64,000 nucleotides of DNA from a virus. The first letter of the stretch is position 1, and the number at the start of each line of letters is the position of its first letter. Positions 39,849-48,833 of the stretch are shown piece after piece. Below the pieces are notes generated by a model. The model did not search any database and was not told the origin of the DNA. It worked only from the letters and a program-made list of their open reading frames with translations. The translations under genes were made by a program, and so were the position numbers. The stretch covers positions 4,022 through 68,021 of IMG/VR virus record IMGVR_UViG_3300007351_000003. The stretch is one strand, 5' to 3'.

Positions 39849-40190
39849 TTATTTACTCAAACTCAATTTCAATAATCGTTTGGTCTTCCGCTCCTCTTTC
39901 TTGCGAGTACGATACTTCTTTGATGATGCTGGCGTTATCGTCTGCAAGTATTCCTGCTTTTGTAATCCCGTCCAAGACAGCTTTAATACTCGCTCCGTCG
40001 GGATCTGTGAGATGTTTTCTGATGCTATGCACTCTGATACGGCATGGTGTATGGCATCCCGTACTTTCTTTCTTTGCCATGGGCTCATGGCGAGAAGCGC
40101 GTTCCATGTCGGCAGCCTGAACGGGAGTGCCAACACTATTTTTTTGACAGGCACCACAGATGAGCTTATTTCCTTTCCATTTACATCCAT
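39849..40190 (-). CDS. Overlapping ORF carrying the RusA-like N-terminal segment
   Basis: TAATG coupling to upstream gene; LALPFRLPTWN...RKKVRDAIHHAV resembles the RusA N-terminus. Confidence 0.5.
   Translation of the reverse strand: MDVNGKEISSSVVPVKKIVLALPFRLPTWNALLAMSPWQRKKVRDAIHHAVSECIASENISQIPTERVLKLSWTGLQKQEYLQTITPASSKKYRTRKKEERKTKRLLKLSLSK
39853..40080 (-). CDS. rusA: RusA-like Holliday junction resolvase catalytic core
   Basis: TDPDGASIKAVLDGITKAGILADD matches RusA DxD...D...DD; start uncertain. Confidence 0.7.
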   Translation of the reverse strand: MAKKESTGCHTPCRIRVHSIRKHLTDPDGASIKAVLDGITKAGILADDNASIIKEVSYSQERGAEDQTIIEIEFE

Positions 40191-40627
40191 TAATGCAAGC
40201 CATCTCTCTTTGCCTTTTCTTCAAGTTTTTCTTTATATTCGATCAATAACTGTTCATACACATCCTCGAAATCCAACATACATATCGCCCGGGCCAGCTG
40301 CCAAAGCCTGTCATAAAGCCCCGGAGATCTCTTCTCAATCCATGCCTTGAAAGCATTCTCGTTCGAGTGTGCTTCTGCATGGCATCCTACACACAGAGGG
40401 ATCAAGTTTTCTTTCAAAGTGCAGGTGTTTCCATATTTCCGGTGAACAATATGGTGCGGGTGCAGCGCCATGGACGGGCTGTCCGGCCGGTTGCACTTCG
40501 CACACCGGGCATCCAGGAGTACGATCTTGCAGGCGACGGCAATGGCTTTATCCTGCCATTCCTTCTGGGGTGTCTGTCGTTCTGGTTTCGGGACCGGCTT
40601 TGTAAAAACGCTCACGCCACCCTCCAA
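40190..40627 (-). CDS. NinG-like HNH nuclease
   Basis: CAKC...LHPHHIV...NLIPLCVGCH. Confidence 0.75.
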   Translation of the reverse strand: MEGGVSVFTKPVPKPERQTPQKEWQDKAIAVACKIVLLDARCAKCNRPDSPSMALHPHHIVHRKYGNTCTLKENLIPLCVGCHAEAHSNENAFKAWIEKRSPGLYDRLWQLARAICMLDFEDVYEQLLIEYKEKLEEKAKRDGLH

Positions 40628-40896
40628 TAGAGGTATTTATTAGGACCTGCGCTCGGCACAGCCTTCCTGTCCAATAACCCCATATCCCGCATTTCCCGGA
40701 GCGCCTGGGCCGCTGTTGTCTGTATCATGTCGTGCTGACTCGCCAGTTCGCGGGATGAGATGCAAGGGACTTTACGGAGTAGGTTGAAAATTCTCTTCTG
40801 CGTAGGTGACAGTCCTCGGATAAGCACGGCATTCATGTCCGGGGCTATCTGCGGGTGCTTCTTTTTCAGGCGTATGAGGTCTTTGAGGGAAATCAC
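40612..40896 (-). CDS. Winged-HTH (MarR-like) DNA-binding protein
   Basis: LSPTQKRIF...ISSRELA...AQALREMRDMGLL; GTGA-coupled start. Confidence 0.7.
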   Translation of the reverse strand: MISLKDLIRLKKKHPQIAPDMNAVLIRGLSPTQKRIFNLLRKVPCISSRELASQHDMIQTTAAQALREMRDMGLLDRKAVPSAGPNKYLYWRVA

Positions 40897-41261
40897 GCCT
40901 TCACCGCCTTGAAATAGGATATGAGGTCCTCCAGTGAATGAAACACCGGTATCCCGAGAGAATATGCGCGTTCCAGTTCCTTCTGTGCCCCGCGGCTGTT
41001 TTCCCAACCTTCCACGAGTAAAATTGCGTCACTTACTTCCATCCACGCTAACGACTGCGCCTGTATCATCTCAATCGGGATAGACTCGCCTTCGCGGAGT
41101 TGGAAAAATAAACTGTAATCAATAAACGGGGAAAATACCGCAAAACCTTCTAGGAGCAGCTGGGTGGATATCCGCATGCCCTTCCGGAGATTGTCGAGGA
41201 ACTTGATAGGGTTGGGGTCGCTCATCGCGCCAGCACAATAGATACGCTTCTTGGTATTCAA
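40893..41261 (-). CDS. Nucleoside 2-deoxyribosyltransferase-like (DUF1937/DUF4406) protein
   Basis: RIYCAGAMS...FSPF...WENSRGAQKE...LGIPV; TTG start with GGGAGG SD. Confidence 0.75.
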   Translation of the reverse strand: MNTKKRIYCAGAMSDPNPIKFLDNLRKGMRISTQLLLEGFAVFSPFIDYSLFFQLREGESIPIEMIQAQSLAWMEVSDAILLVEGWENSRGAQKELERAYSLGIPVFHSLEDLISYFKAVKA

Positions 41262-41271
41262 TGATTCCTCC

Positions 41272-44262
41272 CTATGCGTGGGCATAAACCGCATGATTGG
41301 CGTAATTTGCCTTCACCAGTGCTGCCGCGATCCCTGGGCATACCGAATTACCGCACAGTCTTACCTGTGCTGTTTTGGTGAATGGCTTACCGTGCATATC
41401 GTGCTCGATAATATAGGTGTCGTAGAATCCCTGAGCACGGAATATTTCGCGTGGCGCGAGCATGCGGAGACCTATATCAATGATTTGGTAGTCTTCCCCG
41501 TGGACCTTTACTAAACCGAAACGATCTCTTGTTGAAATTGTATTAATTGGCTTCCGTATGTCATGGGATTCACTGGCTGCATGGTATTGCAAGAGGAATG
41601 CCCGGACTTCTCCGAAGTGAAGGCCGCCAGCCGTGATTGTCTGCAGCGGTTCACGTGAGTCCTGACCGATATTCGTACCCTTGAGCTTAACCAAGTGTGA
41701 CGTTACAAGGCTGTCTTTGTCACGTTGAGTAACCGTCCGCACTGGTTCGTCGGCAGCATATCCTATGCTCGATCCCATGTATCGAACAAGACTCGCGGCT
41801 ACCAGGGAATGATGGTCTACTGACGTGACCGTGCCGAGCGGCATTTCAACCTGCGAGCCCACGACTCCGCCGTAGTGTTTGGCGAGGAAGGCAGAAACGA
41901 GGGCATGCCTTTGAGTTGCGGTAATTGTTGGTAGTGGATCATCGACAGGATGGCAACGGTCCTCGTCACCTTTTGAAGAATAGAGTGAAGACAAAACAGG
42001 AGATACCAGCGCCAGCTCTCCCCGGTGCGCAGCGGTTATCGTCGGAAATGGGTCTTTAATATCATTGGTCCTATCGCCTCCCTGATGGGTCAGTGGAATA
42101 AGATGTGGCATGACGAGTGCGCTGTCTGCCTTTGCCGTAACCGTTGCAACAGGTTCCTCTATATGCCTCGGCCTTGACTGTCCTGCCCGTCCGCCAACTC
42201 CTATTATATGGGGCGCAACGAGCGCAAAGTGTCCGCCCTTTGTCTCCGCACAGATAGTTCTGAGCGGTTCATCAATGGGCATAGAACGCGGCGATGATCC
42301 GTTGGCGTGCTCAGTAATATACGGGACTACCAGTCCGTGCCGGTTCTCCGTAGTTTGCGTTGCCAGCGGATCGCCAACAGATTGCCCGCGGAACTCTCCG
42401 CCCTTATCGCCATAGTACGTCACGATAAACGGCTCAGTCGAATCTGTGACATACCGCTTAATACCCATGGCAATGCGGCGTTGCGTGGCTTCGGCCAGCG
42501 GTTTCTTGCGCTCGAATATAGACGGCGCGGGAATATCCCATTGGATGCACTCGGCCGCAGTTCTCCAAGGCAGGAGTTTTCCACTCTTTACGGCTGCGCT
42601 TTTCGGGTCACCATGTGTCGGCTCGGGCCACACAATAGGCTGTCCGTCTGAGCGGGCAATGAGAAAGAGACGCTTCCGGATGGTCGGGTCGCCATAATCA
42701 CAAGCCCTGAGCATTTTATGGTCAACTTCGTAACCATTTTTACGGAGGGCATTGAGAAACGAACGGAAGGTTCGGCCCTTGCGTTTCGGACACGGGTACT
42801 GCTTGCCGTCCGTTTTGGTGATCAGCGGTCCCCAAGTGATGAATTCCTCGACGTTCTCGAGCATGATTACCCGTGGTTTTACCGTAGCAGCCCAGCGGAG
42901 AACTACCCAGGCAAGCCCACGGATCTTCTTACTGACAGGTTTCGTGCCCTTGGCCTTAGAGAAATGTTTGCAATTATGAACGACAATACCTTCAACAATG
43001 TAGCTTTCATCGTCCTCGACGCCAATATTAAAAACATCGGTTTCAACAACTGCGGGTTCCTGGCTACGAATAGGACACCACTCAAGGCCACTCTCGGCAA
43101 TAGTTTGACTATGACCATCAACAATATTTTCTCGCCATCGAAGCAGGTAAATTGGCCTCGCGTTGACAATTCGGCCTTGAATTTCATTGCTGTTTTGTAA
43201 AAGATGAACTGTGACTGTTTTCCCAAGAGAATTCAGGAGGGCTTTGATTCCGAAAGCGAGGTGTTTGGATACCGTGCGGCATTCGGTAAATTGTTTTCCT
43301 GCCCATCCATCCGCAGAAAGGTATCCGTCAAGCAAAGACTGTTTAAAGGCTGGTCCGATACCGAGTGCCCAAGCTGGAATTCGTTTTGACTCGGCCCTGT
43401 GCCCAAAGTGTTCTCGTAACCATTCCACTAAACCACGGTGGTTTGTACTGAATTGATATGCTGTACCAGTCTCCCGCTCGTGCCACGCCAACTCATTAAA
43501 ACCGGCACGTTCTCCTTCACGCATCCATGTGTTGATTGTCTGGCGAAGTTTTTCTACCTCATGCTTACCGCAGGTGAGAACCAATTCAGCGCGTGTATCT
43601 GTGAGGCGTGTCCAGCCGTCTCCAAGGTAACGACCAACAAGCCACATAAAGCGGTTGTCTGCAACCATGCCGCGACCCAACACAGGAGGTATTGTTGACG
43701 CCGGGAAGGTCGTAGGAGTTGCCCAATACCACCCTTTTGTGAGAAGCGATGCTGGTGCCCAGCCAGCGTCTCCCAGAACACGCCCATATCCTCGAGGTTC
43801 GGTACACCATACGCTTTTACGATGACGAACATAGAATGGATGCTCAGGACTCACAAGTAACCCGGGATGCCCATGTCCCTTAATTGACATCAACGGCTTG
43901 CGTGTATGAGATACCTCTGTTACCCGTCCCCAACGCAGTTTATGTGTGAGTACTTCATCGCCAACTTCGATTTCTTCAATGGCTTGATAGCCCCGGCGCG
44001 TGAGTACCAGTGTTCCTGCCGGGAAACAGTCCGGGCTGAACCATGCCAGGCCGACGGGCCTGCCGGCGCATTCAACCATCGGGTTGACTTTCCACACGTC
44101 TTCCCGGAGATGCTTTGTGAACGGGTGATTTACCTGATGCATCCGGATCGCGTCCGCATCGTGGTTTACAGCGATATCGATCGGGCGCCCAAGGGCCCGC
44201 TCTATCCCCGTTGATGCTCCGCCGCCGCCCGCAAAATTATCGACTACGATTTCTCCTGTCAT
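41272..44262 (-). CDS. C5 cytosine DNA methyltransferase interrupted by an intein
   Basis: DNFAGGGG motif I; SPD|C motif IV; LENVEEF; RKRLFLIAR; CGNSV; EPLxTIT repeats. Confidence 0.93.
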   Translation of the reverse strand: MTGEIVVDNFAGGGGASTGIERALGRPIDIAVNHDADAIRMHQVNHPFTKHLREDVWKVNPMVECAGRPVGLAWFSPDCFPAGTLVLTRRGYQAIEEIEVGDEVLTHKLRWGRVTEVSHTRKPLMSIKGHGHPGLLVSPEHPFYVRHRKSVWCTEPRGYGRVLGDAGWAPASLLTKGWYWATPTTFPASTIPPVLGRGMVADNRFMWLVGRYLGDGWTRLTDTRAELVLTCGKHEVEKLRQTINTWMREGERAGFNELAWHERETGTAYQFSTNHRGLVEWLREHFGHRAESKRIPAWALGIGPAFKQSLLDGYLSADGWAGKQFTECRTVSKHLAFGIKALLNSLGKTVTVHLLQNSNEIQGRIVNARPIYLLRWRENIVDGHSQTIAESGLEWCPIRSQEPAVVETDVFNIGVEDDESYIVEGIVVHNCKHFSKAKGTKPVSKKIRGLAWVVLRWAATVKPRVIMLENVEEFITWGPLITKTDGKQYPCPKRKGRTFRSFLNALRKNGYEVDHKMLRACDYGDPTIRKRLFLIARSDGQPIVWPEPTHGDPKSAAVKSGKLLPWRTAAECIQWDIPAPSIFERKKPLAEATQRRIAMGIKRYVTDSTEPFIVTYYGDKGGEFRGQSVGDPLATQTTENRHGLVVPYITEHANGSSPRSMPIDEPLRTICAETKGGHFALVAPHIIGVGGRAGQSRPRHIEEPVATVTAKADSALVMPHLIPLTHQGGDRTNDIKDPFPTITAAHRGELALVSPVLSSLYSSKGDEDRCHPVDDPLPTITATQRHALVSAFLAKHYGGVVGSQVEMPLGTVTSVDHHSLVAASLVRYMGSSIGYAADEPVRTVTQRDKDSLVTSHLVKLKGTNIGQDSREPLQTITAGGLHFGEVRAFLLQYHAASESHDIRKPINTISTRDRFGLVKVHGEDYQIIDIGLRMLAPREIFRAQGFYDTYIIEHDMHGKPFTKTAQVRLCGNSVCPGIAAALVKANYANHAVYAHA
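42973..44028 (-). mobile_element. Intein (352 aa) with LAGLIDADG homing endonuclease
   Basis: CFPAGTLV start, IVVHN end, +1 Cys; GRYLGDG and DGYLSADG motifs. Confidence 0.92.
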
Positions 44263-44274
44263 GCCATACCTTTC

Positions 44275-44589
44275 TTAAAACGGCAATTCCATTTCCTTCC
44301 CGAACTTCACGCGCCACCAGGAGCGCAACCTGTACCCCCAGATTTTCCACCGGTACAGCGCACGCTTGATGCTTTGCCAGATCGGGTGCGTCAGATAGCG
44401 CATGAACATCCCGACATCAAATAAGGCCATCAGGATAACGACCGCTTCCCATGCCTTTTCGTTGTCAACAGCCTCGTGCTTGATCAGGCTGTTGTACTGG
44501 GTCACCGGGGGATGGATCAGGATCGGCAGTGTGTGTGTCGGTGTAAGTTTTTTCTTGATATTTATAAAACCATGCCCGCCCCGTTCCAT
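44275..44589 (-). CDS. Hypothetical protein
   Basis: 104 aa; start uncertain. Confidence 0.4.
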   Translation of the reverse strand: MERGGHGFINIKKKLTPTHTLPILIHPPVTQYNSLIKHEAVDNEKAWEAVVILMALFDVGMFMRYLTHPIWQSIKRALYRWKIWGYRLRSWWRVKFGKEMELPF

Positions 44590-44749
44590 CGCACGACCAA
44601 CAAGGCTTGGTTATCACCTGCTTATCATACCCATCCTGCACCCCGTACCTGCGGAGGATCTTGTCCTTGAGCTGGTAGAACCATCCCTCTTTCCGGGATA
44701 GGTGCCGTTATTGGCAAGGATGAGCAGATTGAGGATGGACGGGTGCATG

Positions 44750-45280
44750 TTATGGCCTCTCCCCAATGATTTCCTCGATACACCTGATAAGTTTCTCAAC
44801 ATCCCCACTCTCGGCCCGGATGGTGTAATCGCAATCGATGGAATCAACAAACCGTTCGCTGTCATGGGTGGTCCCGGCCGTTTCATCTGTGTACCCGATG
44901 CGCTCCACCTTGATCAGGACACCGCCGAGGTCGCGGATGCGCTTGGCCTCTTCGGGGAAACGGACATCATCGACAACAACGTGCTTCTTTTCTTCGCCCA
45001 TGATCCTGCAGATTTCGTCCTCGCAGCGGTTGACCCAATAAAGCGGGTCTACCTGCTTCCGGAATATCTCGGTTCCGACCTTCTGCATCAGCCATCTGGA
45101 ACGTTCGGTTTTTGCTCCGTAACATTCTTCATGCGTACACATGCCGGCGGTAATGAGCATCTTCTTTAGCGGGTCCGCGAAGGCCACACGTGCGTAATCG
45201 AAATTAGCAGTGAGATGATCGCCGATGGTTGTCTTGCCGACATATGCCTTGCCTACTATGCCGAAGAGATGGAGTTTCAT
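44750..45280 (-). CDS. Deoxynucleoside monophosphate kinase
   Basis: GKAYVGKTT P-loop; FADPLK; MQKVGTE; DDVRFPEE; THDSE. Confidence 0.9.
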   Translation of the reverse strand: MKLHLFGIVGKAYVGKTTIGDHLTANFDYARVAFADPLKKMLITAGMCTHEECYGAKTERSRWLMQKVGTEIFRKQVDPLYWVNRCEDEICRIMGEEKKHVVVDDVRFPEEAKRIRDLGGVLIKVERIGYTDETAGTTHDSERFVDSIDCDYTIRAESGDVEKLIRCIEEIIGERP

Positions 45281-45555
45281 GCCGTTACCGCCGCATTCCG
45301 GTACTCGTTCATCAGGCTTTTCGGGATGTTTATAATCTGCTTCTTGATCTCCCTTTCCACCCCTCCGCAATCAGCCAGACACCAAGCATGTTGCTTTCCC
45401 GGAGTTACCCTGAGCACCCGGAGCACAACCGCCTTGGGCTTCGGCCTTGACGGTGATCCTGCGAACGCAAATGCTCTCTTCGCCACAGCCACGGCAACGG
45501 CCATCATCGAAGCCAGCCGATAATATTTATTGCTCACCAGATTTACCTTGCTCAT
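45277..45555 (-). CDS. Hypothetical protein
   Basis: 92 aa, GGAGG SD, ATGA overlap. Confidence 0.5.
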   Translation of the reverse strand: MSKVNLVSNKYYRLASMMAVAVAVAKRAFAFAGSPSRPKPKAVVLRVLRVTPGKQHAWCLADCGGVEREIKKQIINIPKSLMNEYRNAAVTA

Positions 45556-45638
45556 GCTTCCTCCCTTGAAATCTCCCGCCCTTCCCCGGGCCAGTGCTTC
45601 CCGACACTGGTTGTTCCGGGGTCAGGGGGAAGGTTTGA

Positions 45639-46472
45639 TTACTGATTATTGCTGCTGAATTTCCCGTTCAGAAATACCCATCCGGGCAGTTTGGTTTTCA
45701 GTGTTGCGATTTCCTGGGCGAGAGCATCGCGCTCGGTCCGCTCGTGCTTGACGTTGATGATCTTGAACACGGGCTTTTCGTCCTGGCTCTTGGGCATCTC
45801 GACCTCAAAGTCCGCTTCGATCCTGATTTTGTTTTCCGACCCTTCATAGAACGGCAGCGTCAGCGTAAGTTTCTTGGGCAGATTGCTTATCTGCGCCCCG
45901 TTCTTATCTGCAAACATTAAGGTCGTATTGTCCGGATCAAGGTCGCTCTCGAATTTCAATTCGCGGTCCATCTTGATCAGGGCAATGTTGCCGCGCAGGA
46001 GTCCGGAATTCTGGAAGCATTCCGGGTAGGTATCAAACAGTTTGAGCAGGGATTTTTGGTCAAATTCGCCGATACCGGGTTCCCCCCTCCTGTTTAAGAA
46101 GATCGCTTTCATTTCGAGAGAGATGGCCAAGGGGAGGGCGATTCTCTCCTGCCGCGTTTTTTCGTCGAAGAACATGGTGATCTTGGTGTTGTTTCTGCCA
46201 TACTCCCCGACGTAAAAAATCACTCCCTCTTCAGGCTTGGCGCCGCACTTATTGATCGCATTGACGAACGCCTCGGAATCATTCGCCGTGTAAAGCCGGT
46301 CGTTGTGCCGACGGATCGGAGTGATCGGATCCTTGGTGACTTCTGTGTACCCCACTCCACCCCGCAAAAAATGCCGCTCCTGATTGGTGGTGGTGTCTTT
46401 AAAACTGATGTGGTCGTCAGGCAGTGCGGTTTTGCCGACGGTCAGTTGTACTTCCTGCGTGTTTTTTTCCAT
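45639..46472 (-). CDS. DUF2303/YfdQ-like protein
   Basis: 277 aa; LPKKLTLTLPFYEG C-terminal motif; paired with a small upstream ORF. Confidence 0.55.
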   Translation of the reverse strand: MEKNTQEVQLTVGKTALPDDHISFKDTTTNQERHFLRGGVGYTEVTKDPITPIRRHNDRLYTANDSEAFVNAINKCGAKPEEGVIFYVGEYGRNNTKITMFFDEKTRQERIALPLAISLEMKAIFLNRRGEPGIGEFDQKSLLKLFDTYPECFQNSGLLRGNIALIKMDRELKFESDLDPDNTTLMFADKNGAQISNLPKKLTLTLPFYEGSENKIRIEADFEVEMPKSQDEKPVFKIINVKHERTERDALAQEIATLKTKLPGWVFLNGKFSSNNQ

Positions 46473-46822
46473 TACGATGCCGCTCCTTCCCTGTGTGCCG
46501 TTGTGATTGACCGAACCTTGTCGGAATCTGTGAATTCAAATCCCGGCTGCTTGGCGTTGTCGGACGTGGTTTCGATCTTGATCTTTTCGTCCTCGATGAC
46601 CGCTATCGCCTTAGACGATCTTTTCGGGACTTTTGCCTCGCAATCGAACGTGATAATTACGCTTCCACCGTCCAGATCAACCGTGATGTCGATCGAGATT
46701 TTCCGCTTTCCTGGGATGTCGTTCTCAAAAATAACGGATTGCAGCACTTTCGCCATCTCGTTATTATAAAGCGGAAGTAATTTTGTATCCTTCAGGTTTG
46801 CCAATGACAATTCTTTCAGCAT
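46472..46822 (-). CDS. YfdP-like partner protein
   Basis: KRKISIDITV motif; GAGGAGGTG SD; TAATG coupling. Confidence 0.55.
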   Translation of the reverse strand: MLKELSLANLKDTKLLPLYNNEMAKVLQSVIFENDIPGKRKISIDITVDLDGGSVIITFDCEAKVPKRSSKAIAVIEDEKIKIETTSDNAKQPGFEFTDSDKVRSITTAHREGAAS

Positions 46823-46852
46823 ATGTCTCACCTCCTCTCTCTACTGCTGTTG

Positions 46853-47269
46853 TTATTTTTCTTTTGCCATCTGCATGAGTCGCGCAGCTACAACGACCTC
46901 ATCAACTTGGTATCGTTTCGCAAAAAATGACACAACATCCGGTCGATCCTTGTATTTTTCCCAGTCGGGAAGAAACAGGCTATCCGGCATCAGTAAGTGC
47001 AGCGCAAATTCATTCGCTTCTTTCTCGTCTCGATCTTCTAGTATCGTGGTCATATTTACCCTTGTTATCGTGTCTTGCGCTCGCTTATTCCATAGCCCAA
47101 TCGCGCCTCTGCGTGATTTCTTCGGATAAGTACGAACTAGGCATTTTAGGCATTCGATCTGCCACCATTTATGATTGACCATCGTGCTTTCATAGTTATC
47201 AACCCGCGCTTTACCGCCGCAGAATGGACACGATAACAAAACGGTCGAATCAGATTTCGCTTTGCTCAA
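46853..47269 (-). CDS. Lar-family zinc finger fused to an ImmA/IrrE-like C-terminal fragment
   Basis: CPFCGG...CLKC...AIGLWNKR, then EKEANEFALHLLMP. Confidence 0.7.
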   Translation of the reverse strand: MSKAKSDSTVLLSCPFCGGKARVDNYESTMVNHKWWQIECLKCLVRTYPKKSRRGAIGLWNKRAQDTITRVNMTTILEDRDEKEANEFALHLLMPDSLFLPDWEKYKDRPDVVSFFAKRYQVDEVVVAARLMQMAKEK

Positions 47270-47290
47270 CTGTTCACCTCCACGTTGGTG
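47231..47290. repeat. attC-like site
   Basis: CGATAAC...GGT[C]GAA/TTCACC...GTTGGTG, 60 bp. Confidence 0.8.
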
Positions 47291-47310
47291 CGGCGCTTCG
47301 CGCCGGAAAC

Positions 47311-47456
47311 CTTTTACGTCTGGGCGGGCTGGTAGGGACTTTCGGTTCTGCCACCATCACCCGACGATCGGGAGTCCTCCCGGCGAAGGGATTCTCATCC
47401 ACGGTACGGTATCGTTTTAGCGACAGCCGCCGCCAGTTCCCGCCCAGACGTAAAAG
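47311..47456 (-). ncRNA. 146-nt structured RNA candidate, copy 1 (strand assumed from operon direction)
   Basis: 18-bp closing stem and internal hairpins; 139/146 identical to 63489-63634. Confidence 0.65.
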
Positions 47457-47539
47457 CTTTTTATATTAAGCGCCGCACCAATGGGGCCGTTAAGTCGTGA
47501 CCGGCAAGCATTGGTTGATGCGTCGCACACTACGCGCCG

Positions 47540-47604
47540 CACCAACCAAGCCGTTCAAGACCGACCGCCCCTAACGGGGCGGCGACTTAACGGCCCCATT
47601 AAAT
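47540..47604. repeat. attC-like site (ATT variant)
   Basis: GCACCAAC...GTT[C]AAG/CTTAAC...ATTAAAT. Confidence 0.8.
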
Positions 47605-48045
47605 TTCTTCATGCCTCACGAAGACGGCGGTTGATAGTTCCAACCTCCGCAAAACTGAGACAAGCATCACTACTTCGGCGCTCTTGTTCGCAGCGGTATA
47701 CGTTGCCTCTTTTGCCGTTCGCACTTGTTTATCGTATAACTCAAGCAAGCCCCACGAGTCAGGCAATTCATCGGGCTTGACGAGTTTCGCGGGAACTAGA
47801 AAATAACGGTGATCCCCCATACCGCGCTCTTGTTCCCGGCGAAATATTTTATTCTTATCCGAGAGAAAATCTGCTCTCGATGCCTTGCACTCCACAAGGA
47901 TGCTAGCTCCACCAGAAGCATAGAAGCCTATCGCGTCTGGAGTTTCGGTGTTGTGTGTAGTGGCAAGTTCGGCCAAAATGATTGTGCAACGCCGATTATT
48001 TGCAAGCCATGCCTGAGCTTTTTTGACCAACTCTTTATGAGTCAA
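47599..48045 (-). CDS. PD-(D/E)XK nuclease-like (MmcB-related) cassette gene
   Basis: ETPDAIGF...LVECKASRADF. Confidence 0.7.
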   Translation of the reverse strand: MTHKELVKKAQAWLANNRRCTIILAELATTHNTETPDAIGFYASGGASILVECKASRADFLSDKNKIFRREQERGMGDHRYFLVPAKLVKPDELPDSWGLLELYDKQVRTAKEATYTAANKSAEVVMLVSVLRRLELSTAVFVRHEEI

Positions 48046-48058
48046 ACCGACCTCTGAA

Positions 48059-48115
48059 ATTTAACCAGTCAGTCCAGCCGTCCAAAAAGGACGGCAGCTG
48101 ACTTCTGCGTTATGG
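48059..48115. repeat. attC-like site
   Basis: ATTTAAC...AGT[C]CAG/CTGACT...GTTATGG, 57 bp. Confidence 0.8.
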
Positions 48116-48322
48116 TTCCAACCTCTTCATGAATTCTGCATTGCCATCCTCATGGCACCTGCTGCAGATATATCTTTTTGTCTTGATCGTCTTGTATGCC
48201 CTCGGTGCCTTATCTCGTGGCGGGTATGTGGTGCGGTTATCTGTATTGAATGCCTCTATGCCGAGGAATATCAATCCAAGAGTGAGAGCGATGCTGACTA
48301 TTGTGAGTCCGGGATTGGCCAT
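48110..48322 (-). CDS. Small membrane-anchored protein
   Basis: N-terminal TM, CSRCH; stop lies in the attC TAAC. Confidence 0.55.
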   Translation of the reverse strand: MANPGLTIVSIALTLGLIFLGIEAFNTDNRTTYPPRDKAPRAYKTIKTKRYICSRCHEDGNAEFMKRLEP

Positions 48323-48325
48323 GTT

Positions 48326-48475
48326 CTAATCTCCACTGTCGTCGGTCTGGTTTATGTCTTTCGGAGTAACCGCCATTTGTATCCTGTGCAATGCGCTGTA
48401 TACCGCTTCCCGGTTCTTCGGGTCGTTGTAGTTCTCAATTGCAAAATCAATATCTTTCTTTATCGTTTCGATCAT
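48326..48475 (-). CDS. Small hypothetical protein (49 aa, not in ORF track)
   Basis: Hand translation MIETIKKDIDFAIENY... Confidence 0.45.
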   Translation of the reverse strand: MIETIKKDIDFAIENYNDPKNREAVYSALHRIQMAVTPKDINQTDDSGD

Positions 48476-48614
48476 TCGTCACCACCTTGGTTAAGTTTGC
48501 AGGGCGACCCCGGACCAGGAGCCGCCCTGCATATGTAAAGGAGGTCCACTCCCCATGAGTGGCAAAAGAAACCCTGCCAGTAAGGAGAACCAGAAACCCG
48601 GCAGGGCAAATCAT

Positions 48615-48833
48615 TTATTCGTCTCCGTCTTGAGTGGGGTAAAGTATGTCATACGGTTTAAATGTTGCCTCGTGGATCGCCCTCGCTACTTCAACTCGCA
48701 TACGCTCGTAGGCCCTGATACGAATTTCTTTCGGGAGGCTGTCGAATTGTTTTTTTACGTCCGGGTGGACACGAAAGGAAACTGGGGGGCCTGTTTTTTC
48801 ATACTGCTGCAGATCGTCGCAATCTTTAGCCAT
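48615..48833 (-). CDS. Small regulator in cII position (ribbon-helix-helix-like)
   Basis: PVSFRVHPDVKKQF; AAAGGA SD; follows cro. Confidence 0.55.
   Translation of the reverse strand: MAKDCDDLQQYEKTGPPVSFRVHPDVKKQFDSLPKEIRIRAYERMRVEVARAIHEATFKPYDILYPTQDGDE

Noticed and set aside
45570-45635. GC-rich intergenic hairpins here and at about 39785-39845
   Set aside because: No AAC/GTT ends or extrahelical-base pattern and no U-tract; function cannot be supported
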